The position numbers and the translations under genes were made by a program. The notes beneath the pieces were generated by a model. The model was given only the letters and a program-made list of their open reading frames with translations, searched no databases and was not told the origin of the DNA. From NCBI RefSeq assembly GCF_016432865.1, contig NC_067400.1, positions 582,552,001 to 582,616,000 on the forward strand: 64,000 nt of DNA, in the 5' to 3' direction. The DNA is from Antechinus flavipes. Taxonomy: Eukaryota. This document shows, one piece after another, positions 46,701-59,946 of this stretch; position 1 is the stretch's first letter; each line of letters begins with the position of its first letter.

Positions 46701-48460
46701 TCGCACTCGCTCTCGTACTCTCGCTCTCTCTCTCGCACTCGCTCTCGTACTCTCGCTCTCTCTCTCGCACTCGCTCTCGTACTCTCGCTCTCTCTCTCTC
46801 TCACGCACATGCTCTCGTACTCTCGCTCTCTCTCTCGCACTCGCTCTCGTACTCTCTCTCGCTCTCTCTCTCGCACTCGCTCTCGTACTCTCGCTCTCTC
46901 TCTCGCACTCGTTCTCGTACTCTCGCTCTCGCACTCGCACTAGCTCACGCACTCACTCTCGTACTCTCGCGCTCTCTCTCGCACTCGCTCATGCACTCGC
47001 TCTCTCGCACTCGTTCTCGTACTCTCGCTTTCTCTCGCACTCGCACTCGCTCTCGTACTCTCGCGCTCTCTCTCTCTTTCACGCACATGCTCTCGTACTC
47101 TCTCGCGCGCTCTCTCTCGCACTCGCTCTCGTACTCTTGCTCTCTCTCTCGCACTCGCTCTCGTACTCTCTCTCTCTCTCTCTCTCTCTCTCATTCGCTC
47201 ACGCACTCGCTCACGCACTCGCTCTCGTACTCTCTCGCACTCGCTCTCATACTCTCTCTCTCGCACTCACTCGCACTCGCTCTCATACTCTCTCTCTCGC
47301 ACTCACTCGCACTCGCTCTCATACTCTCTCTCTCGCACTCACTCGCACTCGCTCACTCACTCGCTCTCGTACTCTCTCTCGCACTCGCTCACCCACTCGC
47401 TCTCGCACTCGCTCTCATACTCTCTCTCTCGCACTCGCTCACCCACTCGCTCTCGCACTCGCTCTCTCGCACTCGCACTCGCTCACCACTCGCTCTCGCA
47501 CTCGCTCTCATACTCTCTCTCTCGCACTCGCTCACCCACTCGCTCTCGCACTCGCTCTCATACTCTCTCTCTCGCACTCGCTCACCCACTCGCTCTCGCA
47601 CTCGCTCTCATACTCTCTCTCTCGCACTCGCTCACGCACTCGCTCACGCACTCGCTCTCATACTCTCTCTCTCGCACTCACTCGCACTCGCTCACGCACT
47701 CGCTCTCGTACTCTCTCTCTCGCACTCGCTCACGCACTCGCTCTCGCACTCTCGCACTCGCTCTCATACTCTCTCTCGCACTCGCTCACGCACTCGCTCT
47801 CGCACTCTCGCACTCGCTCTCATACTCTCACGCACTCGCTCATGCACTCGCTCATGCACTCGCTCTCGTACTCTCGCGCTCTCGCTCTCGCACTCGCTCT
47901 CATACTCTCTCGCACTCGCTCATGCACTCGCTCATGCACTCGCTCTCGTACTCTCTCTCGCACTCGCTCTCTCTCTCACACACACTCACTCTCGTACTCT
48001 TTCGCGCTCTCTCGCACTCGCTCTCGTACTCTCTCTCTCTCACTCGCTCTCGCACTCGCTCTCATACTCTCTCTCTCACTCGCTTACGCACTCGCTCATG
48101 CACTCGCTCTCGTACTCTCTCTCGCACTCTCTCTCTCGCACTCGCTCATACACTCGCTCTCGTACTCTCTCTCGCACTCGCACTCGCTCATGCACTCGCT
48201 CTCATACTCTCGCGCTCTCTTTCGTACTCACTCTCGTACTTTCTCTCTCTCTCGTTCTCTGTCTCTCGCACTCGCTCTCGCACTCGCTCACGCACTCACT
48301 CTCGTACTCTCACGCTCTCTCTTTCGCACTCACTCTCGTACTCTCTCTCTGTCTCTCTCACTCGCTCTCACACTCGCTCACGCATTGGCTTTCGTACTCT
48401 CGCTCTCTCTCGCACTTGCTCACGCACTCGCTCTCTCTCGCAGTTGCTCTCACCCGAGTT
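43750..48460. repeat. ~4.7-kb CpG-rich simple-sequence satellite (CTCGCA/CTCGCT/CTCGTA/CTCATA words) with higher-order duplication
   Basis: Directly visible. The commonest local unit is ~32 bp (TCGCACTCGCTCTCGTACTCTCGCTCTCTCTC), and rare marker words recur at 1.2-1.7 kb intervals. Confidence 0.95.
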
Positions 48461-48930
48461 TGTGTCTGTCTCTCGTTCTCTCATTCTCTATCTCTTTCTC
48501 TCTCTCTGTTTCTGTCTCTGTGTGTCTGTCTGTCTCTCTTGCTCTCACTCTTTCTCTGATTCTCTATCTCTCTCCCTCTCTCTGTCTCATTGTTCTCTCC
48601 CCCCCTTTTCTCTTTCTGTGTGTGTCTCTCTCTAATTCTCTCTGTCTCTCTCTCTCTAATTCTCTCTGTCTCTCTCTTTGTCTGTCTCTCCCTCTCTCTG
48701 TACACTGTCTCTTCCTTCCTCTCTCCCTCCTTCCCTGTCTGTCGCTCTGTCTCTCTCTGTCTCTCTATCTCTGTATGTGTGTGTATCTAATTCTCTCTGT
48801 GTGTCTCTTCCTCCCTGTGTCTCTGTCTCTTTCTCTCTCTCTCCCTCTGTCTGTCTCTCCCTCTCCCTCTCTTGCCTCTGTTTGTCTGTGTGTGTCTGTC
48901 TCTCTTCTCTCTCTCTTTGTTTCTACCCTC
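48460..48930. repeat. (CT/CTGT)n microsatellite continuous with the satellite
   Basis: Directly visible simple repeat. Confidence 0.9.
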
Positions 48931-49753
48931 ATAAGACAGAACACCTCTTTAAATCTCCATATCAGAATGAAAGGAAAACATCTATCCACATCTTTACATC
49001 TTTGCAAGAAGGTATGTTTCTGTGTCTGTGTAAAATAAGATACCTTTCTTCATCTTATATCTATATAAAGGACAGCAGTGTTCTGCTTTTTTTAAGTTCT
49101 TCATGAAAGAAGGCATTTCTTGATATTAATTACGGCATCTTGACTAATTAGGGCTGCCTCTCTATGTCCTTAGGTGCACTCCTATGTCCTTAGGGGCTTT
49201 GAGAGTCTCACTCTCTGATACAGTCTCAGAACTACTTATCCAAGAATGCTGAGGATAGGCCCTGTAATTCACAGAGTTTGAAAAGAAAGGTTTTGGCAAA
49301 TTTTGGTGGAAACTGGCAGGACATAGTGCCCCCATACAAAAATAAGATAGTCAACATGGTGCAGTGCGAAAAAAGAAAAAGAGGAGAAAAAACAATTTCA
49401 TCATGATCTTGCAGCAGCTAGTGACTGGATAATGAAGGCAAGGACTAGATTATGAAGAATCACGAATAGGGACAAGCCATGGAGGTGGGAAGAAAGGGAA
49501 AGAAATCGTGTTCCTGACCCCTGGGATCTTCTCTTTTCCAGATCCTGATGGCTGGGGCCAGAGATGCCGACTTGAAGAAATCTGCCTTCCTCAGTCTTGC
49601 CAAGATGTACACAAAAGCAATCTGGCAGCACCAGTTCCAGTTCACTACCTCTGTCCTTTCGCCCATTGTTGTTTCCCTAGGAGGAGCAGAAGTTAGCCAT
49701 TCAGATATGGATCCAAGGAACACACTGCTCAATTAAATTTATTATTATATCTT

Positions 49754-50566
49754 TGTTGGAATCTTTACAAACTTCTAACTCATTAGAGTTGATAGATTAT
49801 TGATCTGATCTTACAAGAAGATGTTTTGGTCCAGAACCTGAAACAAGGTACTAAGTAGAACTAATTAATACAATGCTTGTGTTCACACCTTTACTCATTG
49901 GAGTTCACAAAGTTAACTATGTAACTTTGTGAATTCACACCTCCCTTGAAGCTCTTAGGGCCAGAGAGCACTATGGGAGAAAACCCATAATCCCATTCTC
50001 TCAGAAGAGTCATATATAAGCCAGTGAAGAGTGATTCATTCCAATATATTTTCCACTTGGCTGGCTGGTAACAGAAGAAGAATTTTGAGAGGAAGAAGCT
50101 ACCAGTCGAGAGTTGAGCGGGAGATTGAGAAGGCTCTCTGTGGTGGCTGGGCTCCTGCACTTCCCCCATTGAGACCAAGCTGGTCTGAAAGACTCGCCAG
50201 AAGGCTAGCTGAGCCCCAAGTGAAGGAAACAAGAAATTCATTCCATCTCTGTGCTGGTTGGAGGCAGAAGAAAGCAGAGGCAGAGGCTGAAGGACAAAAC
50301 CTTTGGATTTGGAGACATTCGGAGGGAGCTCTTGGAACCACACCGAGAGAGAGGCCTCTAAGAATCTAGCTATCCGGGCCCAAGGAAAGAGACAAGACTT
50401 GGAAGGAGAAATAAACGTTTGTATTTTTACCAGCTGGCTGCATTTGGGGTAATTATTGATCCGAACTGATACTAAAGCTGCCTCCAAGAAAACCTCCCCG
50501 AGAAACCTACCTTCTCCTCCAGAAAGAACTATTCTTACTTATATTTAAAAGAAAAAAATCACCACA
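49754..50566 (+). mobile_element. Solo ERV LTR (813 bp)
   Basis: TG...CA termini, perfect 6-bp TSD TATCTT at 49748-49753 and 50567-50572, TATATAA at ~50015 and AATAAA at ~50410. Confidence 0.85.
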
Positions 50567-53500
50567 TATCTTAATATTCTGTTTCATTAAAAAATGGTTG
50601 GCCTGATATAAAGGCAAACATCAGATGGGCATTCATGAGTTATAGATTTGAATATATGCTGATCCAAAGAGTACCTGGAACCTAAATAAAGTTGTTTCTA
50701 AAAGAAAAAGCAACTTTTTCTTTCTTTTTCTTTAATCTCAATATCTTTATTCTCATATATTTGCATATGAGAAGACACTTCCTTTAGGTCAATTATTCCT
50801 TGGTTATTCTGAATTGAGAGGTGAAGGGATAGTGCTCTCTTGTTCAGTCTTTTCAATCTTATCCAACTCTATGGCCCCATTTGGAGTTTTCTTGGCAAAG
50901 ATACAGGAGATATTTACCATTTTTTTCAACTGCTCTCTTGGGACTTCTCATTGAGACTTGCTTGCTACTCATTCATAAACACACCTGCCCATAATAAATT
51001 GAAAGGTTGTAAACTGGACATTGATTTGGTCTATATGGTTTCCCCCTCTCTCTCAGATTTGTTCTCTCTCATCTTGTATTTTCTGTCCCATTGTTGTTAT
51101 GGCTTAGAAATGTTTATACACTTTAATTTTCTTTAATTCTTTAACTGTATCCATCTTCACATCTTCCATGAAGCTTAATGCATGATTTTGCACCATGTAG
51201 ATGTTCAAGTATCAATTGATGATGATGATGGTGATGAAAATGAAGATGAAAAGGAAAAGGAGCATATAATTACAGGAAGCTAACCTCTCTTAGAAAAAGT
51301 GAACAGATCTAGGCTTATTTCAATCACCAAAGAAAGTGCTTGAGAGGCAGTTTCAGAGGATAGTAGATTTTAGAGCTGGAAGGGTTCTTAGGTCTACTTC
51401 ATCATCCTGCAAACACACACACATACATATACACATACTGTTATACATACATTTTAATCAACAAAGAAACAATGATAGTAGAAATATGGGAGACTAGTAG
51501 GGCAGGATATTAAATACATTGTCAGATAAGGCTTCTGAATCATATTCTTTTACTTGTTTTTTTGTCACGAGGATAACTTCAATTGATGATGGGGAAATGG
51601 ATTGTAACAGCGATGTACAAAAGCTATTAATAAAATATATGTTGTAAACAATAAATAGTAAATTCATTACTAGAAAGAGGAAGGAAGGGAGGGAGGGAGA
51701 GAAGAAGGAAGGAAAGAAGGAAGAAAGGAAGGAAAAAGAATTATCTCTTAATTACTATGGTTAGAGGATGGGGTGAGGGAAAAGAAAGATGGAAGAAAAT
51801 ATGATGAATAGAGATAGGAGAATAAATGAAATGATTACCTCGAGATATCATCCAACTTTGGGTCTGCTTTCCCATCTCTTACTCCAAATGTCACCAATTT
51901 CTAGACTATCTCCATTCTGACATATTCTTGAATTTAGCACAAAGAGAATGAAGATCAGGGCTCCAGCTGAAATTTAAAAAACAGCAGTCCTACAGATAAG
52001 TTCCCCTAAGGCAAGTTTTCCAACAACAATAACAAAAAACTGTTGAATGAGCTGAATTTATCTTCCACTGTTCCAAGATTTCAAAGTAGCAAACTTCAGT
52101 GGTCAAGAAACTCCCACCCAAAAAAGATAAGGACCAAAGAATGGAGTTCTCTTACAAGGTTACAGAATTGAAAGCTTCAGGGGACCAGAGAAAACATTTA
52201 GTTCTATGAATTCATTTTATAGATGAGGAGATAGGAACTGAGATTGTCACAATGTCACAAAGCTCATGTAATGTCTCCTGAAAGCTACTGCCCAACTCAC
52301 ACTTGTAAATTGGATCCTCAGAATAGCTACTATCTCTAGGTTCAAGGTACTCTGTAAGGTCATACACCTAAAAGTATAGCTCACAAGTTTTTTCTCCCAT
52401 TTGTTGGACTTCAATAGTCCACAAGCGGACATTTTAATTTAAAGAAAAAGCAATTACTAAGACTGCATCCTAAGAATAGTAGTGATAAACACTGGCCTCC
52501 CATGTGCTTGAGGTACAAACTCCCACAACTGCATATAGCACCATTAGGAAGAGAGGGCACATCAAGTACACGAATAGTGAGACACACAAATACAGAAATC
52601 CCCTGATCAAGGTAACTCATACCCCTGACATCATGGGTATCCAGATTCCTTTCTTTTCTTGTGGCATCTTCATTCTCCCATCCCTAGGTATGTCACCTCT
52701 GTCGATCAGATGCTTATCTGTATCTATTCACCTCCTGACAATTAGCCAGGCTAACTAACTCTGTTTACTCAAAACTCTTTTTGTCTCATGTCTTGACTTG
52801 ACTGCCGGGATCCCAGAGACTGTTTTTTTCTTAATAGGAATAATTTATAACAATACTTTTAAGTTTGCAAAATACTTTACAAATATCATCTTGTTTAATC
52901 TGCATAGCAACCCTTATTATCCCCATTTTACAGGTGAGGAAACTGAGGGCAAGAATTTAAGTGACTAGCCAAAAAACTAGTAAGTTCTCTGAATCTGACA
53001 TATACAAATTATTTTTTAAATAGTCATGAATATAAGAAAATATTCACCTAAGAATATCTCTTGTGTTAGCCACAATCAGGAAAACAAGTGCCCATTGATT
53101 GGAGAATAGACAAATGAATCATGATATATGAAAGTAATAAAATATTTCTTAGGTCCATTCCATCTCCAAAACTATGGTCCCATGATCCTACTACATTGTA
53201 AGAAATAGAGCCTCATGGAATTCAGTGAAAGAAGGAAAGATTTATATGAAATAACATATAGTAAAGAGAATAGGCCCAAGTACACATAATGACTATATAA
53301 TGTATAGTTAATTATTATTTTGACATAAATAATTCTGTATGAAATCAGAAAGCGTATTATCCTAGCAGAAAATCTGAAACAACAAAAAAAAATTAACAAT
53401 TCTTCTTCTCTCTTCCTTTGTCCACTGTCCCATCCCAAGCAGAAGTCTTTTATCTTCTCTGATTCTCTTCCTTCTCTTCATATGACTGAAATCATGATGC

Positions 53501-53689
53501 TTTTTGTAGTGTTTATTCTTTCTAGCCAGTGTCAACTCATTCTAAGCTTTTGGTTCCCTCACCCAATTTGTTCATAGGTCTTGTACTTTTCCTCCATTAC
53601 CAGCCCTTGTTTCCATCTTGTACACATAGGTTTTTAACACTTAAGGTTTTGCACCTCAATTAGTTTCTGTGGATTACTTTCAGTTAGTC

Positions 53690-54545
53690 AGCAAACATTT
53701 ATTAAAGGCCTACTTTGTATCAGGCATCCTACTAAGTACTGAATGAGAGAAAGAGAATAAGGAGTTAAAGATGACATCTAGCTTATAAGTTTAGGTGATT
53801 AAAAAGAGGGCAGTATACTTGACAGCAACAGGGAAATTAGGAAGAGATTTTGGGGATTCAATTTTGGACATGCTGAGCTTAAGATGTTTAAACAACATCC
53901 TATTAGAGATTTTTAAGACGATGTTGGGGATTCAAAACTGGAGGTCAGTTGAGAAGTTAGAACTGGACAAACAGATCTGATAATCATCAGCACAGAGATA
54001 ATAATTAAATCCATGGGAGCTGATGAGTTCGCCAAATGAAATTAGATAGTGGGAAGGAGGAAAAGGGCCTACACCAGAGCTCTGTGGGATTCCCATGATT
54101 AGCTGAGATCAGCTAGATGAATATCTAACAGAGAGATTAAGAAGGAGCAGTCAGGTAGATCAGAAGAGAATCAGAATAAAGAAGTAACCCCCCAAAAAAA
54201 CCTAGAGAGAAGATAGTATTAAGGAGAAGAGGGTGATCAATGGTATAAAAGGCTAGGGAGAAGTTAAGAAGGATGAAAACTGAGAAAAGCCATTAGATTT
54301 GGCAATTAAAAGAATCATTGGCAACTTTCTAGAGAGCAAATTTGGTAGACCAACAAGCTAAGAGGTTAGACTGTAGAAAGCTAAGAAGAAAGTAAGATGA
54401 AAAGAAATAGAGGTATAGATGGCCTTCCCAAGGAATAAAGCCAAAAAAGAGAGGCAAGCTATGGAATGATAGTAATGGGTAACAGATGCATCAAGTGAGG
54501 GATTTAGAGGACAGGGAAAATAAGATCATTTTTGTAGGTAGTAGG
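53690..54545 (-). mobile_element. L2 relic
   Basis: Antisense L2 text (TTTTGGACATGCTGAGCTTAAGATG..., GGAAGTCAGTTGAG-like, CAGCAAACATTTATTAA end). Confidence 0.65.
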
Positions 54546-54552
54546 GAAGCAG

Positions 54553-55370
54553 TTTATTTTTTTTTATTAAAGCTTTTTATTTTCAAAACATATGCATGGA
54601 TAATTCTTCAACATTAATCCTTGCAAAATCTTGTGTTCCAATTTTCCCCTTCTTTCCCTACCCTCTCCCCTAAATGGCAAGTAGTCTAATATATGTTAAA
54701 CATGGTAGAAATATATGTTAAATCCAATATATGCATACATGTTTATACAGTTATCTTGCTGCATAAGAAAAATCAAATCAAACCTGAAAAAATGAGGAAG
54801 AAAATAAAATTCAAGCAAACAACAACAAAAGAAGTGAAAATGCTGTGTTGTAAACCCCACTCAGTTCCTCTTTCTGGATACAGAATGACTCTCTTCATCA
54901 CTGAACAGTTGTTGAAGAGAGAGAGCCATGTCCATCAGAATCGATCATTGTATAGTTTTGTTGCTGTGCACAGTGATCTCCTGGTTCTGCTCACTTCATT
55001 CAGCATCAGTTCATGTAAGTCTCTCCAGGCCTCTCTGAAATCATCCTGCTAGTCATTTCTTATAGAACAATAATATTCCATAGTATTCATGTACCGTAAC
55101 TAATTCAGCCATTCCCCAACTGATGGGCATCCACTCGGTTTCCAGTTTCTGGCCATTACAAAGGGGGCCGCCATAAACATTTTTGCACAAGTGAGTCCCT
55201 TTCTCTCCTTTAAGATTTCTTTGGGATATAAGCCCAGTAGAAACACCGCTGGGTCAAAGGGTATGCACAGTTTGGTAACTTTTTGAGCATAGTTCTAAAT
55301 CACTCTCCAGAATGGCTGGATGTGTTCACAACTCCACCAACAATGTATCTGTGTCCCAGTTTTCCAACTA
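54553..55370 (-). mobile_element. 5'-truncated L1
   Basis: T tail followed by antisense L1 3' UTR and ORF2 end. Confidence 0.85.
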
Positions 55371-55744
55371 TTGTGAGTGATATAGACATAATTAAGGAGA
55401 TATAAAAAAATTGCCTTGATCTAGTGAGGGTCGTGTTGAATTATGTAACTAAACTAAATGACATAAATTTATAATGAAATTAGTCGGCATGGTTTTGTGA
55501 CTTCCTTAATATTCATTCCTTAACAGATAAATAGGAGTAAAGGCAGTGAATGATAGGAATAATCAAAGACTGAGGCTTGAAGAGACAATATCAGCTATAA
55601 AATAAGAGGGGAAAATACATGAAAGGTGAAAATAATGTAGAGTTGAATAACTTTAATTATTTTAAATGGAGTTTCTCTTTTTTGTCTTTTCTTGCTGGAC
55701 TTTGTTGGTAATAAACACAAATGTAGGTAAGCCCACAAATATGG

Positions 55745-56575
55745 GCTTATTTTATATACTATAAGTTTGCAGAAGTTGTCCATTGTCTTAATTATTTATT
55801 TTAACTGACTCTCTAGAGTTTTCTTAGTAAACTGTTTGCATGTCATCTGCAAAAAGTGATTATTTTGTTTTCTCTTTGATTATATTTATTCCTTCAATTT
55901 CTTTCTGTTGTCTTATTTTTACAGCTAGCATTTCCACTAGAAAATTGAATATTAATAATGATAATGAGCTTCCTTGTTTTATCCCTGATCTGATTGGAAA
56001 GGCTTCTAACTTATCCCCATTACAGATAAAGCTGGCCCTCACTTTAAGAAAGATACTTATTATTTTAAGGAAAGCTCCATTTATTCCTAAGTTTTTAATA
56101 AGAATGTATTATAATATGTCAAAACTTTCTCCTGCATCTATTGACATAATCATGTGATTTTTGTTGCTTTTGTTATAATGTGATCAATTATATTTATAGT
56201 TTTCCTAATTTTGAATTTGTCATGCATTCCTAGTTTAGTGAATGATCTTTTTCATATGTTGTTGTATTCTCCTTGCTAATGTTTTATTTTAAATTTTGCA
56301 TTACTATTCAGTAGGAATATTGGTCTATAGTTTTATTTCTGTTTTGATTCTCCCTGGTTTAGGTATCAAGACCATATTTGTATCATAGAAAAAATAGGAT
56401 AGGACCTTATTTTTTTTCCTATTTTTATTCAAACAGTTTACATAGTATTAGATTAATTATTCTTTAAATCCTTAGTAATATTCACTTGTAAATCCATCTG
56501 GTCTAGTCTCCCCCCTCCACTTAGGAGCTCAATTATGACTTGTTCAATTTCTTCTTCTAAGATAGAGTAATTTAA
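55745..56575 (-). mobile_element. Old L1 ORF2 (RT region) relic
   Basis: ORF 55860..56042 reads ICNGDKLEAFPIRSGIKQGSSLSLLIFN, an L1 RT motif. Confidence 0.8.
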
Positions 56576-57080
56576 GAATGTATTGTAGAGTCAAGCAAGC
56601 TCATTAAAGAATCAAGATGGAGAAGGAAGGAGAGAATAGTCAATGCAAAGATGATAGCCTGGGAAAGAACTGAGAAGCCTAGGAATTGGAGGTCATGATG
56701 GGAACAAAAAAATTAATGTTTAGAGTAGCAAGGTAGAAAGAGAGGTATAATGACAACAGACTGTGAACAGAAAAAGTAATTTCAGAGAAGCTGGGAGATG
56801 GAGTATTTATGGTGTAAGAATACTGAGAAAGACTAAAAGGCTGGGGTTGTTGAGCAGATCAGTTTGATAGCTGAATAGAGTGACCACTTTATTGGAGTGG
56901 AGAAAGACTTCTAAACAATTAAATTACTCAAGAAATAATTAGTACCTGCTCTGCTTTGAGCAAAAAGCCCCAGTAAATGTCTTTATGATTGAAATCACCC
57001 ATCAATGATACATAATACTTCTATACCAAGAAATAGGACCATAAATGTTGAGCAGAAAAAACCTTTTAAGGTATCAAGTC

Positions 57081-57228
57081 TGGGGCAGCTAGATGGTGCA
57101 GTAGATAAGAGCACCAGCCCTGAAGTCAGGAGGACCTGAGTTCAAATTTGACACTTAACGCTTCCTAGCTGTATGACCCTGGGCAAGTCACTTAACCTCA
57201 ATTGCCTTAGCAAAAAAAAAAAAAAAAA
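57081..57228 (+). mobile_element. Young short marsupial SINE (WSINE1-like) with a 17-nt poly(A), inserted into a MIR
   Basis: GGGGCAGCTAGATGGTGCAGTAGATAAGAGCACC head with B-box-like GAGTTCAAAT. 13-bp TSD AAGGTATCAAGTC at 57068-57080 and 57328-57340. Confidence 0.85.
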
Positions 57229-58298
57229 TTGCTTCTTTTGGATTTCTAAAAATCTCTATGCCTCATTTCTTGCTACATTGCAGCTTCTCTCTATAGCATC
57301 TGACTTGATGACTACAAATACACAGAAAAGGTATCAAGTCCAACCCCTCCATTTTACAAATGGGGAAACTGAGGTCAAAGAAAGGTTAAGTGCCCACAGT
57401 CATATAGCTAACAAATATATGACATAAGATTCAAATCCAGGTCCTCTTAACTCAATTCCCTGCACTCTTTCCACCATATGACTCTGTCTTTCATGCCTCA
57501 AGTCTTTTGATGTATATTTTTACATATACATATACATGCATACATGGAATTATCTATCCCACAAGATCTTTAGTATCCTCTGATGGAAATCTCCCTGTTT
57601 TTACTTTTATTGTTCATTACGTATTTGTCTCTGCCATGCTTTCCCCACTGGTGTTTTTATTTCCTCACACAATTATATCTTCTTTCTACTCTATCCTTGT
57701 TATCCCATCCTTTACAAATCTTGTTCCTTTCCAATAATCTATTCACTTTCCAGAGCCATATTTCATAGATCCCATTTCACCAAGGCTTAGAAATGCTGAT
57801 GATATTACTTTATTGTAGAATCCCTAGTTCTTCTGCTCTTACCACAGTTTAAAAACCATAATAGATATGGAACTGGAAAAGGGCCTTAAAGTTCATTGGA
57901 TACAATGCTCTCATTTTATGGATGAAAAAACTGAGGTTGATAGAAAATAACTGACTTGTTCAGTCGCATAGCCAAAAATGTATGAAACAAGATTTGACCT
58001 TGGGTTTAGTTCCAGCACTCTATCCACTGAACCACATAACTCTAGGATAAAAATATCATAGAACCTGAGTTTTGTTGCTAATTTCTTTCTTATAATTTGC
58101 TTCTTTTGGATTTCTAAAAATCTCTATGCCTCATTTCTTGCTACATTGCAGCTTCTCTCTATAGCATCTGACTTGATGACTACAAATAGACAGCTTTCTT
58201 CCTTGCCCCCTCCTATTTTGTTTCAAAATCTTTGATTAACTTTATAAAACTTCGGATAATTACATTTTTTTACCAACCTTTGTTATAAATAGTCCATC

Positions 58299-59946
58299 AT
58301 TAATGGAAAAAAAAATCAAATGAAGGTGGCCTAGCTGTACCAGATCTAAAATTATATTATAAAGCAGCAGTTACTAAAACCATCTGGTATTGGCTAAGAA
58401 ATACACTAGTTGATCAATAGAATGGGTTAGGTTCAAAGGACAAAACAGCCAATAACTTTAATAATATAGTGTTTGACAAACCCAAAGATCCTAGTTTTGG
58501 GGATAAAAATGCATTATTTGACAAAAATTGCTGGGAAAATTAGTATGGCAGAAACTCGGCATTGACCCACACAACACCATACACCAAGATAAGGTCAAAA
58601 ATGGGTTCACGACCTAGGCATAAAGAATGAGATTATAAATAAATTGGAAGAGCATAGGATAGTTTACCTCTCAGACCTGGGGAGGAGGAAGGAATTTATG
58701 ACCAAAGAAGAACTAGAGATAACTATTGACTACAAAATAGAAAATTTTGAATATATCAAATTGAAAAGTTTTTGTACAAACCAAACAAAGGCAGACAAGA
58801 TTAGAAGGGAAACAATAAACTGGGAAAACATTTTTACAGTCAAAGGTTCTGATAAAGGCCTCATTTCCAAAATATATAGAGAATTGACTCTAATTTATAA
58901 GAAATCAAGCCATTCTCCAATTGATAAATGGTCAAAGGATATGAACAGACAATTCTCAGATGAAGAAATTGAAACTATTTCTAGCCATATGAAAAGATGC
59001 TCCAAGTCATTATTAATCAGAGAAATGCAAATTAAGACAACTCTGAGATACCACTACATACCTGTCAGATTGGCTAAGATGACAAGAAAAGATAATGATG
59101 AATGTTGGAGGGGATGTGGGAAAACAGGACACTGATACATTGTTGGTGGAATTGTGAACACATCCAGCCATTCTGGAGAGCAATTTGGAACTATGCTCAA
59201 AAAGTTATCAAACTGTGCATACCCTTTGATCCAGCAGTGTTTCTACTGGGCTTATACCCCAAAGAGATACTAAAGAAGGGAAAGGGACCTGTATGTGCCA
59301 AAATGTTTGTGGCAGCCCTGTTTGTAGTGTACAGAAGCTGGAAAATGAATCAATTTGATTCATCATCAATTGGAGAATGGTTGAGTAAATTGTGGTATAT
59401 GAATGTTATGGAATATTATTGTTCTGTAAGGAATGACCAGCAGGAGGAATACAGAGAGGACTGGCGAGACTTACATGAACTGATGCTAAGTAAAATGAGC
59501 AGAACCAGGAGATCATTATATACCTCAACAACGATACTGTTTGAGGATGTATTCTGATGGAAGTGGATCTCTTCGACAAAGAGAGCTAATTCAGTTTCAA
59601 TTGATCAAGGATGGACAGAAGCAGCTATATCCAAAGAAAGGACACTAGGAAATGAATATAAACTGTTTGCATTTTTGTTTTTCTTCCCGGGTTATTTATA
59701 TCTTCTGAATTCAATTCTCCCTGTGCAACAAGAGAACTGTTTGGTTCTGCACACATATATTGTATCCAGGATATACTGTAACCTATTTAACATGTAAAGG
59801 ACTGCTTGCCATATGAGGGAGGGGGTGAAGGGAGGGAGGGGAAAAATCAGAACAGAAGTGAGTGCAAGGGATAATGTTGTAAAAAATTACCCTGGCATGG
59901 GTTCTGTCAATAAAAAGTTATTTTTAAAAATAAATAAATAAATAAA
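58299..59946 (+). mobile_element. 5'-truncated L1 (ORF2 3' third, 3' UTR, (AAAT)n tail)
   Basis: ORFs 58644..59135 and 59102..59557 are the ORF2 C-terminus. AATAAA at ~59909. Confidence 0.93.

Noticed and set aside
43742-49038. 1605-aa and 1751-aa ORFs plus many antisense (RE/RV)n ORFs
   Set aside because: They are by-products of a satellite whose C-rich strand rarely forms stop codons. Two overlapping frames are equally open, starts are non-ATG or arbitrary, and no domain is present.
49891-50487. 198-aa, 112-aa and 80-aa ORFs
   Set aside because: They lie within a solo LTR and show no gag, pol or env motifs.
57082-57150. tRNA-like sequence with A/B-box features
   Set aside because: It is the tRNA-derived head of a SINE, not a tRNA gene. 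No rRNA or tRNA genes were recognised in the window.
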